From an uncultured Verrucomicrobiae bacterium (GTDB lineage Bacteria; Verrucomicrobiota; Verrucomicrobiia; Limisphaerales; Palsa-1400), in the NCBI GenBank assembly GCA_963702845.1, contig OY969763.1, positions 2,688,001 through 2,752,000 on the forward strand: 64,000 nucleotides of DNA. Reading direction: 5' to 3'. The notes beneath the pieces were generated by a model. The model made no database searches, was not told the origin of the DNA, and saw only the letters and a list, made by a program, of their open reading frames with translations. This document shows, piece by piece, positions 1 to 10,514 of the stretch (the first letter of the stretch is position 1; each line of letters opens with the position of its first letter). Position numbers and translations under genes: made by a program.

Positions 1-1074
1 TTCGGTCCGTTCGATGGCCTCACCATATCGACCGGCGTCCAAAGCGAATGGACCCGCCAAATAGGCACTGGCAAAGGCAATCTCAATCAAATTAATTCCG
101 CCGATCCGCTGACGACGTTGCCAATTCTATTCACGACCCTTGCATCCGATTACGATTTGAATTCGATTTCCGAAAACATCGCGCTGCGTTACACGAAAAT
201 TCCGTTCACCGCACTTTTCGCCGAAGCCCGCGCCCAACAACAAAGCATTGGCCAATCCGATTTCGACGTGCAGCCCGGCTTTATCTACGGCGAGAATCCA
301 GATTACGCGAACCAGGTCACCGACCTCCGTTTTGGATTCAACACCTCGCCATGGCGACAGGTCACATGGAGCGCTCACTACCGCCGTTACGAAGATGATA
401 GCTGGTATGAAAAACGAACCGTCGAATTACCGACCGGTGGCTATCCCGGCTTTATCAAATCACGGTCGCTGCTTACTGACGAAGTTGAAACCAAACTCGC
501 GATCCATCCAGCCACCTGGCTCAAATCCACACTCTTCTATCGATATCTAATCACCGATTACAACTCCGTCACGCCAGCCGCAATCAATCAATTTTCGCCG
601 GATATTGTTTCGACTGGCGGCGCGCTTCTCGCTGGCCGCGACCAGGCGCACGTCTACGGCATCAGCACAACAATCACACCGATTCGCCGCCTCTTTCTCG
701 ACACGACTTTCCAATACCAACCAACATCCACCACCACCGCCGACAACGGCACTAAGTTCATCCAAAACTATCAGGGCGATATCTACAGCCTCATCGCCAG
801 CGCCAGCTACGTTCTGACAACGAACACAGATTTCTTCAGCAGCTACTCCTATTCTAAAGCCAACTACAGCCAACCCTTCAACGGCTTTGCCGTACCTTTG
901 GGAATTGATTACGACCAACACGCCGTCCGCGCAGGATTAAACCACAGGTTCAACGCGACCATTTCGGGAAAACTGCAATACGCCTTCTACACCTATTCCG
1001 AACCCAGTTCCGTCGGCGTCACCGACTACACCGCCCACTCCATCTTTGCGACATTAACAGTGAAACTCCAGTAG
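1..1074 (+). CDS. Outer-membrane beta-barrel protein, 5'-truncated (possibly MtrB/PioB-like porin)
   Basis: Frame 1 is open from base 1. Tyr/Ser/Thr-rich amphipathic beta-strands; C-terminal strand IFATLTVKLQ. Family assignment is tentative. Confidence 0.55.
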   Translation, partial: FGPFDGLTISTGVQSEWTRQIGTGKGNLNQINSADPLTTLPILFTTLASDYDLNSISENIALRYTKIPFTALFAEARAQQQSIGQSDFDVQPGFIYGENPDYANQVTDLRFGFNTSPWRQVTWSAHYRRYEDDSWYEKRTVELPTGGYPGFIKSRSLLTDEVETKLAIHPATWLKSTLFYRYLITDYNSVTPAAINQFSPDIVSTGGALLAGRDQAHVYGISTTITPIRRLFLDTTFQYQPTSTTTADNGTKFIQNYQGDIYSLIASASYVLTTNTDFFSSYSYSKANYSQPFNGFAVPLGIDYDQHAVRAGLNHRFNATISGKLQYAFYTYSEPSSVGVTDYTAHSIFATLTVKLQ

Positions 1075-1097
1075 CGCGGATTGCCAATCGGCGCTAC
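1071..1097. repeat. GTAG-type REP-like palindrome / bidirectional terminator between convergent genes
   Basis: GTAGCGC-G-GATT-GCC-AATC-G-GCGCTAC; contains the TAG stops of both flanking genes. Confidence 0.65.
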
Positions 1098-1756
1098 GGC
1101 AAGACCCGCCTCACCCGATAAAACCGCATCACACCCGAAGAATTTTCCGAAAATTGCCCCACCGTGCTCGCCGCAACATTCGTCACTCCCGCCACCCAAT
1201 TCACCAAATCCAACGACCCATCGACTACATAACTCAAATTCGTAACTGTCGAATAATTAAACTGCACTTGTCCGTCCGTCACACTCGCATCCCAAATCGT
1301 CGGCAAAACCGGCGGTGTCGATCGGATATAAGCAAACCCACCCGCCCCCTTCGAAGCCCAAAACGTCATTTGCATTGAAACATAAATATCCTCGGATATC
1401 AGATGAACGACGAACTGTTTACCCACAAGGTTCGTCGGCGACTGCCCATTCAACCACCCAAGCCAGTTGGTAAAAGTCAGTGATTGATATTGGTTCGCCG
1501 TTCCAAAAGCCCATTCCGTATCACCAGGACTGAGAGGCCCCGCAAATGTTTCCGAAAATGCATTGAATAGTCCGCTCGAATTCGTCCGCGTCAGCCAAAC
1601 ATGCGGCGTGAGCCGATCCTGATTCGCCGGCTGGGTCGTGTCGATTCCAGGCTGCGAATAGGTAATCAACGGCCCATCCCACACCAATCCTGCGTGGACA
1701 GAAGTGCAGACAAACAAAAACAAAACAACTTTGGGGAACAAAAATCGCGCAGGCAT
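1094..1756 (-). CDS. Secreted hypothetical protein with C-terminal 'Y..S.DL.NW...FYR' domain
   Basis: Signal peptide ending SVHA; C-terminus SYVVDGSLDLVNW...MRFYRVRR. Confidence 0.75.
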   Translation of the reverse strand: MPARFLFPKVVLFLFVCTSVHAGLVWDGPLITYSQPGIDTTQPANQDRLTPHVWLTRTNSSGLFNAFSETFAGPLSPGDTEWAFGTANQYQSLTFTNWLGWLNGQSPTNLVGKQFVVHLISEDIYVSMQMTFWASKGAGGFAYIRSTPPVLPTIWDASVTDGQVQFNYSTVTNLSYVVDGSLDLVNWVAGVTNVAASTVGQFSENSSGVMRFYRVRRVLP

Positions 1757-1883
1757 TAATTTACCAACATATGATGCCTGAACGCCTTACTTGTTCCTAG
1801 TATTTTGACCGATGCACCAACCGCGCAATTCGTTGCCGACCTAATAGTTCTGTTCTGCGCGAAGCCGCAGATTATAGTAACGC

Positions 1884-3140
1884 ATGGCATGGCCACGCGC
1901 GCTCGTCGCGCTCAATTCTAGAAACTATCGTTTGATCTTCGTCGGACAGATCGTGTCGCTCATCGGCACGTGGATGACTTCGACCGCATCTCTGTGGCTC
2001 ATTTACCATCTCAGTTCATCCGCTTTCTTGCTTGGAGTTATCGGTTTCGCCAGTCAGGCGCCGATCGCGTTCCTCTCTCCAATCGGCGGCGTCCTGGCAG
2101 ATCGCTTCGACCGGCTCACGCTGCTGAAATTCACGCAAATCCTCTCCGCCGCGCAATCTTTCGTCATGGCAGCGTTGGCCTATTGGGGGCTGATCAACGA
2201 ATCGTGGCTTATCGGCCTGTCGCTTGTCCAAGGAGTCATTAACGCCATCGATATGCCCGTGCGCCAATCGCTTGTCATCTCACTCGTCGAAAAACGCGAA
2301 CACGTCGGTAACTCTATCGCTCTCAACTCCGCTGTCTTCAACCTCGCGCGGCTAATCGGTCCTGCCATCGCCGGTTTCATCATCGTCTACGTCGGTGCGG
2401 CCGGATGCTATTTCGTCGACGGCATCAGCTACTTCGCTGTAATCGTCTCGCTATTTTTCGTACGCATTAACACACTGCCGGCACGCGAACGCCGCCATCC
2501 GCTCACCGAAATGCGCGAAGGCTTCGACTACGCATGGGGCTTCCATCCCATTCGTGCAATCCTCGTCACCAGCGGCCTCATCAGTTTCGTCGGTTTCTCC
2601 TACGCCATCCTGATGCCGCTGTTTGCGAAGGACGTCTTCCACGGCGACGCCCGCACCCTCGGCTACCTCATGGCCGCGACCGGCGTCGGCGCAGTCATTG
2701 CCGGCGGTTACCTCAGTATGCGCACTTCAATTAAGGGCCTCGGCAACGTCATCGCTCTCGGCGGAATGATCATGGGCATCGGCCTGATGGCCTTCGGTTT
2801 TTCAAGATCGCTGCCTCTGTCGCTGCTCTTCCTAATGATCGCCGGTTTTGGCGCAGTATTAATGATGGCCGGAAGCAACACCGTCTTGCAGGCAATCGTC
2901 GAAGAGGACAAGCGCGGCCGCGTCATGGCGCTGTTCACCATGGCCGTGATGGGCTCGATGCCTTTTGGAAATCTGCTTATCGGTTGGATCGCAAAAGTTC
3001 TTACCGCGCCGATCGCATTATCCATTTCCGGCGCAGTCGTGTTCGTCGTCGCCATTGCCTTTTTCCGACAACTCCCAAAAATCCGCGAAGCCGCCGCGCC
3101 GCTCATGAATAAACTCGGACTACTTGAGATTCGCAGCTAA
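1884..3140 (+). CDS. MFS transporter (DHA3/MFS_3-like)
   Basis: About 12 TM segments; GGVLADRFDR motif A; RGRVMA in the C-terminal half. Confidence 0.9.
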   Translation: MAWPRALVALNSRNYRLIFVGQIVSLIGTWMTSTASLWLIYHLSSSAFLLGVIGFASQAPIAFLSPIGGVLADRFDRLTLLKFTQILSAAQSFVMAALAYWGLINESWLIGLSLVQGVINAIDMPVRQSLVISLVEKREHVGNSIALNSAVFNLARLIGPAIAGFIIVYVGAAGCYFVDGISYFAVIVSLFFVRINTLPARERRHPLTEMREGFDYAWGFHPIRAILVTSGLISFVGFSYAILMPLFAKDVFHGDARTLGYLMAATGVGAVIAGGYLSMRTSIKGLGNVIALGGMIMGIGLMAFGFSRSLPLSLLFLMIAGFGAVLMMAGSNTVLQAIVEEDKRGRVMALFTMAVMGSMPFGNLLIGWIAKVLTAPIALSISGAVVFVVAIAFFRQLPKIREAAAPLMNKLGLLEIRS

Positions 3141-3172
3141 TTGCGCCATAGATTACCCGGAATTTTAAACTT

Positions 3173-4171
3173 ATGCCCCAAGCCGCTCATCCAGCATCCA
3201 TCAAAACAGTCGAACGCCACTTTCTCGAACGCAAAGGCCGCAACCCGCACGCCACCACTGAATTCTGCTGGCTGCTCACCGGCATCACGCTCGCGACAAA
3301 AATCATTGCGTCGCAAATCCAACGCGCCGGACTGCTCGATGTCTTCGGCAAAACCGGCGAGGTCAACGTGCAAGGCGAAGAAGTCCAAAAACTCGACATC
3401 ATCGCGAATGAAACCTTGGTGCGCTGTCTTGGCTATCGCGGCAACGTCGGCCTGCTCGTGAGTGAAGAAGACGAAGAACCACACGTCATCCAGGACGCCG
3501 AGGAAGGTGGAAAATACACCGTGCTCTTCGACCCGCTCGACGGCTCCAGCAACATCAACGCGAACGTCAACATCGGTACCATTTTTTCGATTTTAGAACG
3601 CGACACAAAACGAAATTCCAAAGACCATCGCGGCGACATTCTTCAACCCGGCACAAAACAAGTCGCTGCCGGTTACGTTTTGTATGGCAGTAGCACCGTG
3701 CTCGCCTTTTCCGCCGGCAATGGCGTCCACCTGTTCATGCTCGAGCCCAGCATCGGCGCATTCATTCTCGCACAAGAAAACGTGCAGATGCCCGAGACCG
3801 GCAAAACCTACAGCACCAACGAAGCGTATTCGCGCAAGTATCCCGAAGGCATTCAAAAGTATCTCGACTGGGTGAAAACCGACGAAGCCGGATACAGCTC
3901 CCGCTACATCGGTTCGCTTGTGGCCGACTTCCATCGCACGCTCATTCGCGGCGGCGTCTTTCTGTATCCCGAGACCACGAAAGCGCCCAAAGGCAAACTG
4001 CGTTTGATGTATGAAGCCAACCCGCTGGCCTTCCTGGCCGAACAAGCCGGCGGCATGGCCAGCACCGGCAAAGAACGCATCCTCGACATCCAACCCACCC
4101 TCATGCACGAGCGCACCCCGCTCATCATCGGCAGCAAAAAGGAAGTGCAGAAGGTTCTGTCGTTTCTATGA
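3173..4171 (+). CDS. fbp: Class 1 fructose-1,6-bisphosphatase
   Basis: NVQGEEVQKLD, FDPLDGSSN, RYIGSLVADFHR, GKLRLMYEANP. Confidence 0.97.
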   Translation: MPQAAHPASIKTVERHFLERKGRNPHATTEFCWLLTGITLATKIIASQIQRAGLLDVFGKTGEVNVQGEEVQKLDIIANETLVRCLGYRGNVGLLVSEEDEEPHVIQDAEEGGKYTVLFDPLDGSSNINANVNIGTIFSILERDTKRNSKDHRGDILQPGTKQVAAGYVLYGSSTVLAFSAGNGVHLFMLEPSIGAFILAQENVQMPETGKTYSTNEAYSRKYPEGIQKYLDWVKTDEAGYSSRYIGSLVADFHRTLIRGGVFLYPETTKAPKGKLRLMYEANPLAFLAEQAGGMASTGKERILDIQPTLMHERTPLIIGSKKEVQKVLSFL

Positions 4172-4182
4172 ACTGATCAACG

Positions 4183-5889
4183 CTAACGAATCTTCAGTTC
4201 AATGATGCCGTTATCTGGCCGCACAATGATGCGCGTGTATTTCATCGGCGCAGGATCTTTCATCTTCAGTTTATTAAAACCCGTTGCGAATAGCGGTGCG
4301 TAAGCGTCTGGTTCAATTCGAACCAGTCTTCCGGTTTCGATTTGAACTGTTGCCTTTCCGTTCCACTCTAGATCATTGCCAGCCTGCCTAGGTGCGCGTG
4401 GGCAGTACCAGATAAAATCATTCGTGGCATGTTTGATAAACCGCAACTCTCGTTCCTTGCGATTCATCTCAATGAGTAACTGATTCGTGTTCGCACTGCA
4501 TCGAATCGCGGCGTTGGTTCCATTGTCGCTTATAGAATCAACCGCACAATCGAATGCCGGCTTACCCTCAACGTTTATCGTAGCCAAGACTGGTTCACCA
4601 CCCGCATGGACAACAAGTCGATCCTTTGCTACTCCCACCAATAAATCAGCCGGCTGCCACGACTGCCGCATGTAAGCTTCACCAATTGATTTGAAATAAT
4701 ACGACAGCGCCCCGGCATCGACCTGATCAGGAACGCTCGAATCGAACCAGCAGTAGCCGTATCCACCGAGTTCAAAAAGCAATTGCTCACCATGCGGCGT
4801 TGTCGCGCGCGTTTTCTGAAGCGCGCCCAGTGTTTGGTCCCAATTGGCCAATTTTTGATAGAGCGGACGCCTGTACTCGCGAGCCAAAAACGCGAGCACC
4901 GGCGAATAGTAATCGAGCTGTCCGTAATAAGGTTCAAGCACCGTGTCGTCGTTATTTTGCGAGTAGCCGGGAATGTGTTCGCTTGCGACTGACGCCAGCG
5001 CCAGATCCGCGTTCATCTGATTCTGAAATTTTTTGAAAAGATCACGGCCCGTCACCCGACGCAATGGATCCATGAAAAACATCCGATATTGCATCGTGGA
5101 CGCCCAAAACGTCGCGCCTTCAACTTGCGCTCCATCACTCGCCAAGCCATTCGGCAAAAGATGTTCTTCGAACTTTTTCGCCGTCGCATCCACCCACTTT
5201 TGAGCGTCCGGCGTTTCTCCCAACAACGCCAAACCCACAACCCCAAACGAACTCCACTCTACAACCGCATGATGAGTGTGAAATCCTGGGCCGGCGATTG
5301 TCGGCGTGCTGAAATATTTATCGTAATAAAGTTTCCCAATTCGTTCCAACGTCCCACGAATTTCACTTCGTTCCTCCTCCGTGAAACAATCAAACGCCAT
5401 ATCGTAAGCCACCGCAATTCCCTTGAGCAAACGCGAGACCGCATACCCTTTGCCGCTGTCGGGCACGCCGTCAGCTTCGTGTTGCCACGCGCGACAACTT
5501 GCCAAAGCCCATTGGCGCGTGGCTTCGCCATATCGTCGATTGCCACTCAACGCATACGCAAAAGACAAATGCTCCGTAATCGCGAGATCCTGCATGATCG
5601 CATAAAAACGGTCATACAGATTTTCATAAATGGGATCGGGTGAAACAGGAGCAATCCAATTCGTGCGAGGACTCTTCGTTAAGCACCATTCCGCTGATGC
5701 CGCAAGGTTCGTCCAGATTCTGGCGTGGGCGGGTTCAGCGCGCATAGCGCGTAACTGGATTAATTGCTGAGCATTGAAATACAGCCGTGGATGGGATAGG
5801 TTGCCGTTCGTCAAACCCTCCGCTCCGTATAACGAAGTGGCAACAATTACCGACGCAAACAGAGCAATAAGACGTGTCGGCAGTTTCAT
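4183..5889 (-). CDS. Secreted DUF4962 / heparinase II/III-like polysaccharide lyase-fold protein
   Basis: Signal peptide; HPRLYF N-terminal motif; DGAQVEGATFW resembles the heparinase II/III DG..EG..YW motif. Confidence 0.65.
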   Translation of the reverse strand: MKLPTRLIALFASVIVATSLYGAEGLTNGNLSHPRLYFNAQQLIQLRAMRAEPAHARIWTNLAASAEWCLTKSPRTNWIAPVSPDPIYENLYDRFYAIMQDLAITEHLSFAYALSGNRRYGEATRQWALASCRAWQHEADGVPDSGKGYAVSRLLKGIAVAYDMAFDCFTEEERSEIRGTLERIGKLYYDKYFSTPTIAGPGFHTHHAVVEWSSFGVVGLALLGETPDAQKWVDATAKKFEEHLLPNGLASDGAQVEGATFWASTMQYRMFFMDPLRRVTGRDLFKKFQNQMNADLALASVASEHIPGYSQNNDDTVLEPYYGQLDYYSPVLAFLAREYRRPLYQKLANWDQTLGALQKTRATTPHGEQLLFELGGYGYCWFDSSVPDQVDAGALSYYFKSIGEAYMRQSWQPADLLVGVAKDRLVVHAGGEPVLATINVEGKPAFDCAVDSISDNGTNAAIRCSANTNQLLIEMNRKERELRFIKHATNDFIWYCPRAPRQAGNDLEWNGKATVQIETGRLVRIEPDAYAPLFATGFNKLKMKDPAPMKYTRIIVRPDNGIIELKIR

Positions 5890-5999
5890 TTGGATGCCAT
5901 GGAGATGGCTCGCTTTGAATGCGCTGTCAAACCATTGTTACTTCAGTATCGATTTAGAACCAAGTTGCCTTGCGTTAGAAAACTCAGTTCAATGGCCTT

Positions 6000-7268
6000 G
6001 TGAAAGCCAGTTTCTCGTTCGCGATCGTCTTTCTTTGCGCGCTCACCTCCGGTGCCGTTCCTACGAAACAAATCAACCAACTTGCCGACGATGCACGCCC
6101 AATGGTCGTCAGTGAACGCCGCGATTTTCATGTGCACCCCGAGTTATCAAATCGCGAGGTGCGCACGGAACAAGTGATTATAGCCAGACTGCTCGAGCTT
6201 AGTTTGACGGACATGCGGACTAATGTCGCGCATCATGGCGTCGTCGCCTTGCTCAAAGGCGGCAAGCCCGGCCCGGTCGTCGCCTATCGCGCGGACATCG
6301 ATGCGCTTCCGATCAACGAAGTCCACAACGTGCCGTATCGATCAACGGTCCCGAATGTCATGCACGCTTGCGGGCACGACGCGCACGCCGCGATTGGTCT
6401 CGGCGTCGCCGAGGTGCTCAGCAAAATGCGCGCTGATCTACCAGGAACGGTGAAATTTATTTTCCAATCAGCCGAAGAAGGCGCGCCGAGCGGAGAAGAA
6501 GGCGGCGCCGCGTTGATGATTAAAGAAGGCGCCATGGAGAGTCCGAAGCCGCTCGCGATTTTTGGCATGCACGCGACCACTGAAATTGAAGTCGGCCAAA
6601 TCGGCGTGAGGGCCGGCCCGGCGCAAGCCTCGGCAAACATGTTTGACCTGACAATTCGCGGAAAGATGTCGCACGCCGCCCATCCTGAAAAAGGGATTGA
6701 TACCATCGTTGTCGCTTCTGAATGCGTGACCGCATTGCAAACAATCAAAAGCCGCAGTATCGATACGTTTGATCCAGTCATTCTGACCATTGGCACGATT
6801 CACGGAGGCAACCGCCGGAATATTATTGCGGGTGAAGTGAAGATGGAGGGCACGATTCGAACATTCACCGACAGCGCGCTAACCAGCATCAAACAGCAGA
6901 TGCACCAGACTTTAAAAGGGATCTGCGACGCGTACGGCGCGACGTATGAACTGCACATTGATGAAGCGACCGTTCCTGTGATGAACGATCCCGCGCTGGT
7001 GAAGGAAACGCTTCCGGCGTTACGCGCAGCGATTGGTGATGCAAAGGTCGTCGATGCCGAACTGCGGATGGGTGCAGAGGACTTTTCCTATTTCCAGCGC
7101 GTCGTTCCCGGATTTTATTGGCGGCTCGGTTCAGGCAACAAAGACAAAGGAATTGTCGCCGAAGCGCACACGCCTGATTTTGATATCGATGAAGATTGCC
7201 TTGTCGTTGGCGTGAAGAGCATGGCCAATGTACTGTGGGACTACCTTGAACGACACGGTTCAAAATAA
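6000..7268 (+). CDS. M20D family amidohydrolase, with signal peptide
   Basis: HVHPELSNRE, RADIDALP, MHACGHDAH, AEEG, GAEDFS, HTPDFD. Confidence 0.92.
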   Translation: MKASFSFAIVFLCALTSGAVPTKQINQLADDARPMVVSERRDFHVHPELSNREVRTEQVIIARLLELSLTDMRTNVAHHGVVALLKGGKPGPVVAYRADIDALPINEVHNVPYRSTVPNVMHACGHDAHAAIGLGVAEVLSKMRADLPGTVKFIFQSAEEGAPSGEEGGAALMIKEGAMESPKPLAIFGMHATTEIEVGQIGVRAGPAQASANMFDLTIRGKMSHAAHPEKGIDTIVVASECVTALQTIKSRSIDTFDPVILTIGTIHGGNRRNIIAGEVKMEGTIRTFTDSALTSIKQQMHQTLKGICDAYGATYELHIDEATVPVMNDPALVKETLPALRAAIGDAKVVDAELRMGAEDFSYFQRVVPGFYWRLGSGNKDKGIVAEAHTPDFDIDEDCLVVGVKSMANVLWDYLERHGSK

Positions 7269-7315
7269 TAAGTTCTTTAGCACAAGCGCCTGATACTTAT
7301 TTCGCTTCCGAAAAA

Positions 7316-8596
7316 ATGTTGATTGAAGCCGTTGATGCCGACTACGCTAGCGACGCCAATATGCCCGAGTTAACTGCCGCTAATAATCCCCCGAAAGACT
7401 ATTCGTGGGCTGAATACCTCGATTTCATGGAGGGAGGAGCCGACATCCTCACCGTTCCTCCACACGCCACAGAACCGAAAACCAAAGCGGCGCAAGCAGC
7501 CGCTTCCCCCGCAAAGACTCCGATCTACGGTTTCCTGCTCGCATTCGGAATCATGATCGCGGCCATTTTCTTGAGCGAACTTCCGTTTAAGCCGTTCACG
7601 TTGAAGGACGCGAGCGGTAAAGCTTCGCACCCGATCGAACCGGTGATGATGGCGCTGATTTTGGGAATGGTCGTGAGCAATCTCGTAGCGTTGCCGAAAT
7701 CGCTAAACTCCGGGATTAAATTTTGCGTCAAAAAACTTCTACCGCTCGGCATCATTTTTCTTGGTGCACGTCTGAACTTCAACGAAATGGTTAAAGAAGG
7801 CGTTATGGGCGCGGGCATGGCCCTTTTGGAAACAGCCGTTGCGTTCATGTTGCTGTTGTGGCTCTCAAAGCTGTTCAAGCTCCCACGCAAACTCGGCCTC
7901 CTGCTCGGAGTCGGCACCGCCATTTGCGGAGGCACCGCGATTGTCGCGACGGCGCCGGTCTTGGAAGCTGAAGAAAAAGACGTGGTGTTCAGCGTCGCAA
8001 CAGTCACCTTGCTCGGTTTGATCGCAATGTTTGTGTTGCCGGTGCTCGCGCACTCGCTGCACATGAGCGATAAAGCCTTCGGCTACTGGGCCGGCTTGTC
8101 CATTCATCAAACGCCTCAAGTGATTGCCGCCGGGTTCAGCTACAGCCCTGAAGCCGGTGGAACGGCGACCACGGTCAAATTGGCGCGAGTGTGCCTTCTC
8201 GCCCCGGTGGTGTTTATCGTTGGATTACTCCACGCGCGCGGCGAAGCCCGGGAAAACGGCCTCGCTTCCAAAAAGAAGATCAACTACCTCCAGATGTTTC
8301 CGACGTTTGTGTTCGGATTCCTCGCCTTTGCGCTCGCACGCACATTGGGATGGTTACCAACATTGCACTTTGATGCCCCCAGCTTCTTCAGCAAACCAGC
8401 CCAGGACCCAACCCTCGCGGATTGGTTAGTGAAGTTTTCTTCGTGGTGCATCGTCATCAGCATGGCTGGCGTGGGCTTGGAAACACGTTTCAACGCGATG
8501 AAGCAAACCGGCGCGAAGCCTTTCATTGCTGCGCTTATCGGCGTGCTGGTGGTCGCAACGATGGTTTTCGTTCTGATCCGGACGCTGGCGATTTAA
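7316..8596 (+). CDS. YeiH / putative sulfate exporter (PSE) family membrane protein
   Basis: GTAICGGTAIVA, WAGLSIHQTPQVIAAG, VKLARV, SMAGVGL. Confidence 0.88.
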   Translation: MLIEAVDADYASDANMPELTAANNPPKDYSWAEYLDFMEGGADILTVPPHATEPKTKAAQAAASPAKTPIYGFLLAFGIMIAAIFLSELPFKPFTLKDASGKASHPIEPVMMALILGMVVSNLVALPKSLNSGIKFCVKKLLPLGIIFLGARLNFNEMVKEGVMGAGMALLETAVAFMLLLWLSKLFKLPRKLGLLLGVGTAICGGTAIVATAPVLEAEEKDVVFSVATVTLLGLIAMFVLPVLAHSLHMSDKAFGYWAGLSIHQTPQVIAAGFSYSPEAGGTATTVKLARVCLLAPVVFIVGLLHARGEARENGLASKKKINYLQMFPTFVFGFLAFALARTLGWLPTLHFDAPSFFSKPAQDPTLADWLVKFSSWCIVISMAGVGLETRFNAMKQTGAKPFIAALIGVLVVATMVFVLIRTLAI

Positions 8597-8606
8597 GCTG
8601 CTGTTG

Positions 8607-9200
8607 CTATTTCGCCTTCTGCGCCAAAACCCACTTCGCGAGCGCGTTCACCTGCTCATCCGACATGATCTTGTAGCCCGGCATTGGAACAGAGCCCCAT
8701 TTGCCGGAACCGCCATTGACGATCTGCTGACGGACACGATCCATCGCATCCGGATCGCTGGCGTATTTCGCCGCGACATCCTGATAAGCCGGGCCGATAA
8801 CTTTCTTATCGACGTTATGGCAGTTAAAGCAACCCATCTTTGTCGCGAGCGTTTGCGGATCGAGAATCGTCGAGTCGAACGCCATTGTCGGCGCGTCCGT
8901 CGTGTCGGTACCGTAGTTCTTTGCGAAGTAGGCACTCAGCGAATTGGTCGCGTCATCAGGAATCGGCGCGCCGTACTTCCCTTTCATTTTCGCGACTTCG
9001 GCCTTCCAGAAGTCGAGCGGCTTCGGCGGTTGCATTGCGGCGTAGTCAGCGGAATGACACGTGAGACACTGCGCGTTGGCAACCTCAACACCGGGCGCGG
9101 TTTTGTATACGGCAGTCTCGACCGGCAATTCGATTTTCACGACTTCAGCAGTCGCAACAAACCCAATCGCCAGAATTGAAGGAATTAAAATCTTTTTCAT
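8607..9200 (-). CDS. sorB: Diheme cytochrome c: SorB-like domain fused to a c551/c552 domain
   Basis: Signal peptide; CLTCH followed by WKAEVAKM..YGAPI (SorB-like); second heme CFNCH..KVIGPAY..GKWG..PMP; lies downstream of sorA. Confidence 0.8.
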   Translation of the reverse strand: MKKILIPSILAIGFVATAEVVKIELPVETAVYKTAPGVEVANAQCLTCHSADYAAMQPPKPLDFWKAEVAKMKGKYGAPIPDDATNSLSAYFAKNYGTDTTDAPTMAFDSTILDPQTLATKMGCFNCHNVDKKVIGPAYQDVAAKYASDPDAMDRVRQQIVNGGSGKWGSVPMPGYKIMSDEQVNALAKWVLAQKAK

Positions 9201-9219
9201 CTCGGTAATCGGTTGAAAG

Positions 9220-10436
9220 TTAAACAGCTTTGACGCGAGTGGTTTCGACGACGTTGCGCATGTAACCAGATGGATTCCATAACGGGTCGTCCGGTTGCGA
9301 TTGGCCGATCTTATTAATCGCGCGCACTTTCAATGTGTAATCGCCGGGTTTCGAAGGCGTCCATTGCGCGCGCCATTCGCGAAATGAATATTTGCCCGAT
9401 CATCCCCCAGATTAGCCGAACGCCATTCGCCGTTGTTGCTACTGATTAAAACATCGCTAACGCCATATCCGCCATCGAATGCGATGCCTTTCAGTTCGAT
9501 CGGTTGGCCGGCTTTGACCTCGGTGCCATCTTCGACGCTCGTGATGAACGAACGCACATCATAACGTTTAATTGGCGTTGTCGACTTCGGAGTCGCACCG
9601 GGTTCAACGCATGCGCCTTCGTTATCCGGGATGCGATAGGCAGGGTTCATCCAGAAATTATTCAGAACGTCGTCGATGACAGTGATGTCATTGACGTGCT
9701 TCACCCAATATGTGCCGTAGTAACCCGGAACGATCAGGCGCAACGGAAACCCATTCAACACTGGCAACGGTTCACCGTTCATTTCGTAGGCGAGCATGAC
9801 TTCGCCATCGATTGCATGATCAATATCCAGCGCTTTGACGAAGTCCGGAGTTTTCTCGACGACCGGTTTGTCCAGACCGTTAAACGTGATTTGCTTCGCG
9901 GTCGCTTTCAGGCCTGCCTTGTCGAGAATCGCTTTGAGCGGCACGCCGCGCCACTTGGCATTGCCCATCGCGCCATTGGCTGTCTGGCCGCCACCAACGC
10001 GCGGCGTCACAAAACCACGGCTGTTTCCGGAACATTGCAAAACGGCAACGACTTCTTTGGCCTCGAACTTCTTAAGATCATCGAGCGAAAGCGAGAGAGG
10101 GTTGTTGACCGACCCTTTGATGTCGACGCGAAACCTGGCAGTATCAATCGAGGTCGGCACACCAGCGAGATGGTAGCGAACGAAGAAAGCGTCGTTCGGC
10201 GTAATCACGCCTTCATTGAAAACCGAGAATGGAGTTTCCAGTTGCGGCGGGCGCGTGGTCAACCGGATGAGCGGACGCTTTTGCGGATACTTAACCAACT
10301 GACGTTCGCCATTGGCGAAAGGGAGCTTGATCGATTCAGCGAGCAACGGCGCGGCGGTCAGGCTGGCGGCGGCAATGGCGGCATTTCGCAGAAATGTGCG
10401 TCGGCTAACAGCAGAAGAGTCGGGCGAATTTGGCAT
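9220..10436 (-). CDS. sorA: Tat-exported sulfite:cytochrome c oxidoreductase Mo subunit, with apparent 1-nt deletion near 9398
   Basis: SRRTFL Tat motif; FFVRYH, CSGNSR, NGFPLRL..PGYYGTYWVK. The conserved tail GKYSFREW...VRAINKIGQSQP..PLWNPSGYMRNVVE is in another frame and ends at TAA 9220-9222. Confidence 0.88.
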
Positions 10437-10514
10437 GCGAAATCAAAATAACTAAAAAGTTTTGCTTGATGCAACGGAATCTTGTGAAAATTAAAGAATT
10501 ACGATCATTCGACT

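Noticed and set aside
9504..10451. 315-aa + strand ORF
   Set aside because: Antisense shadow of sorA
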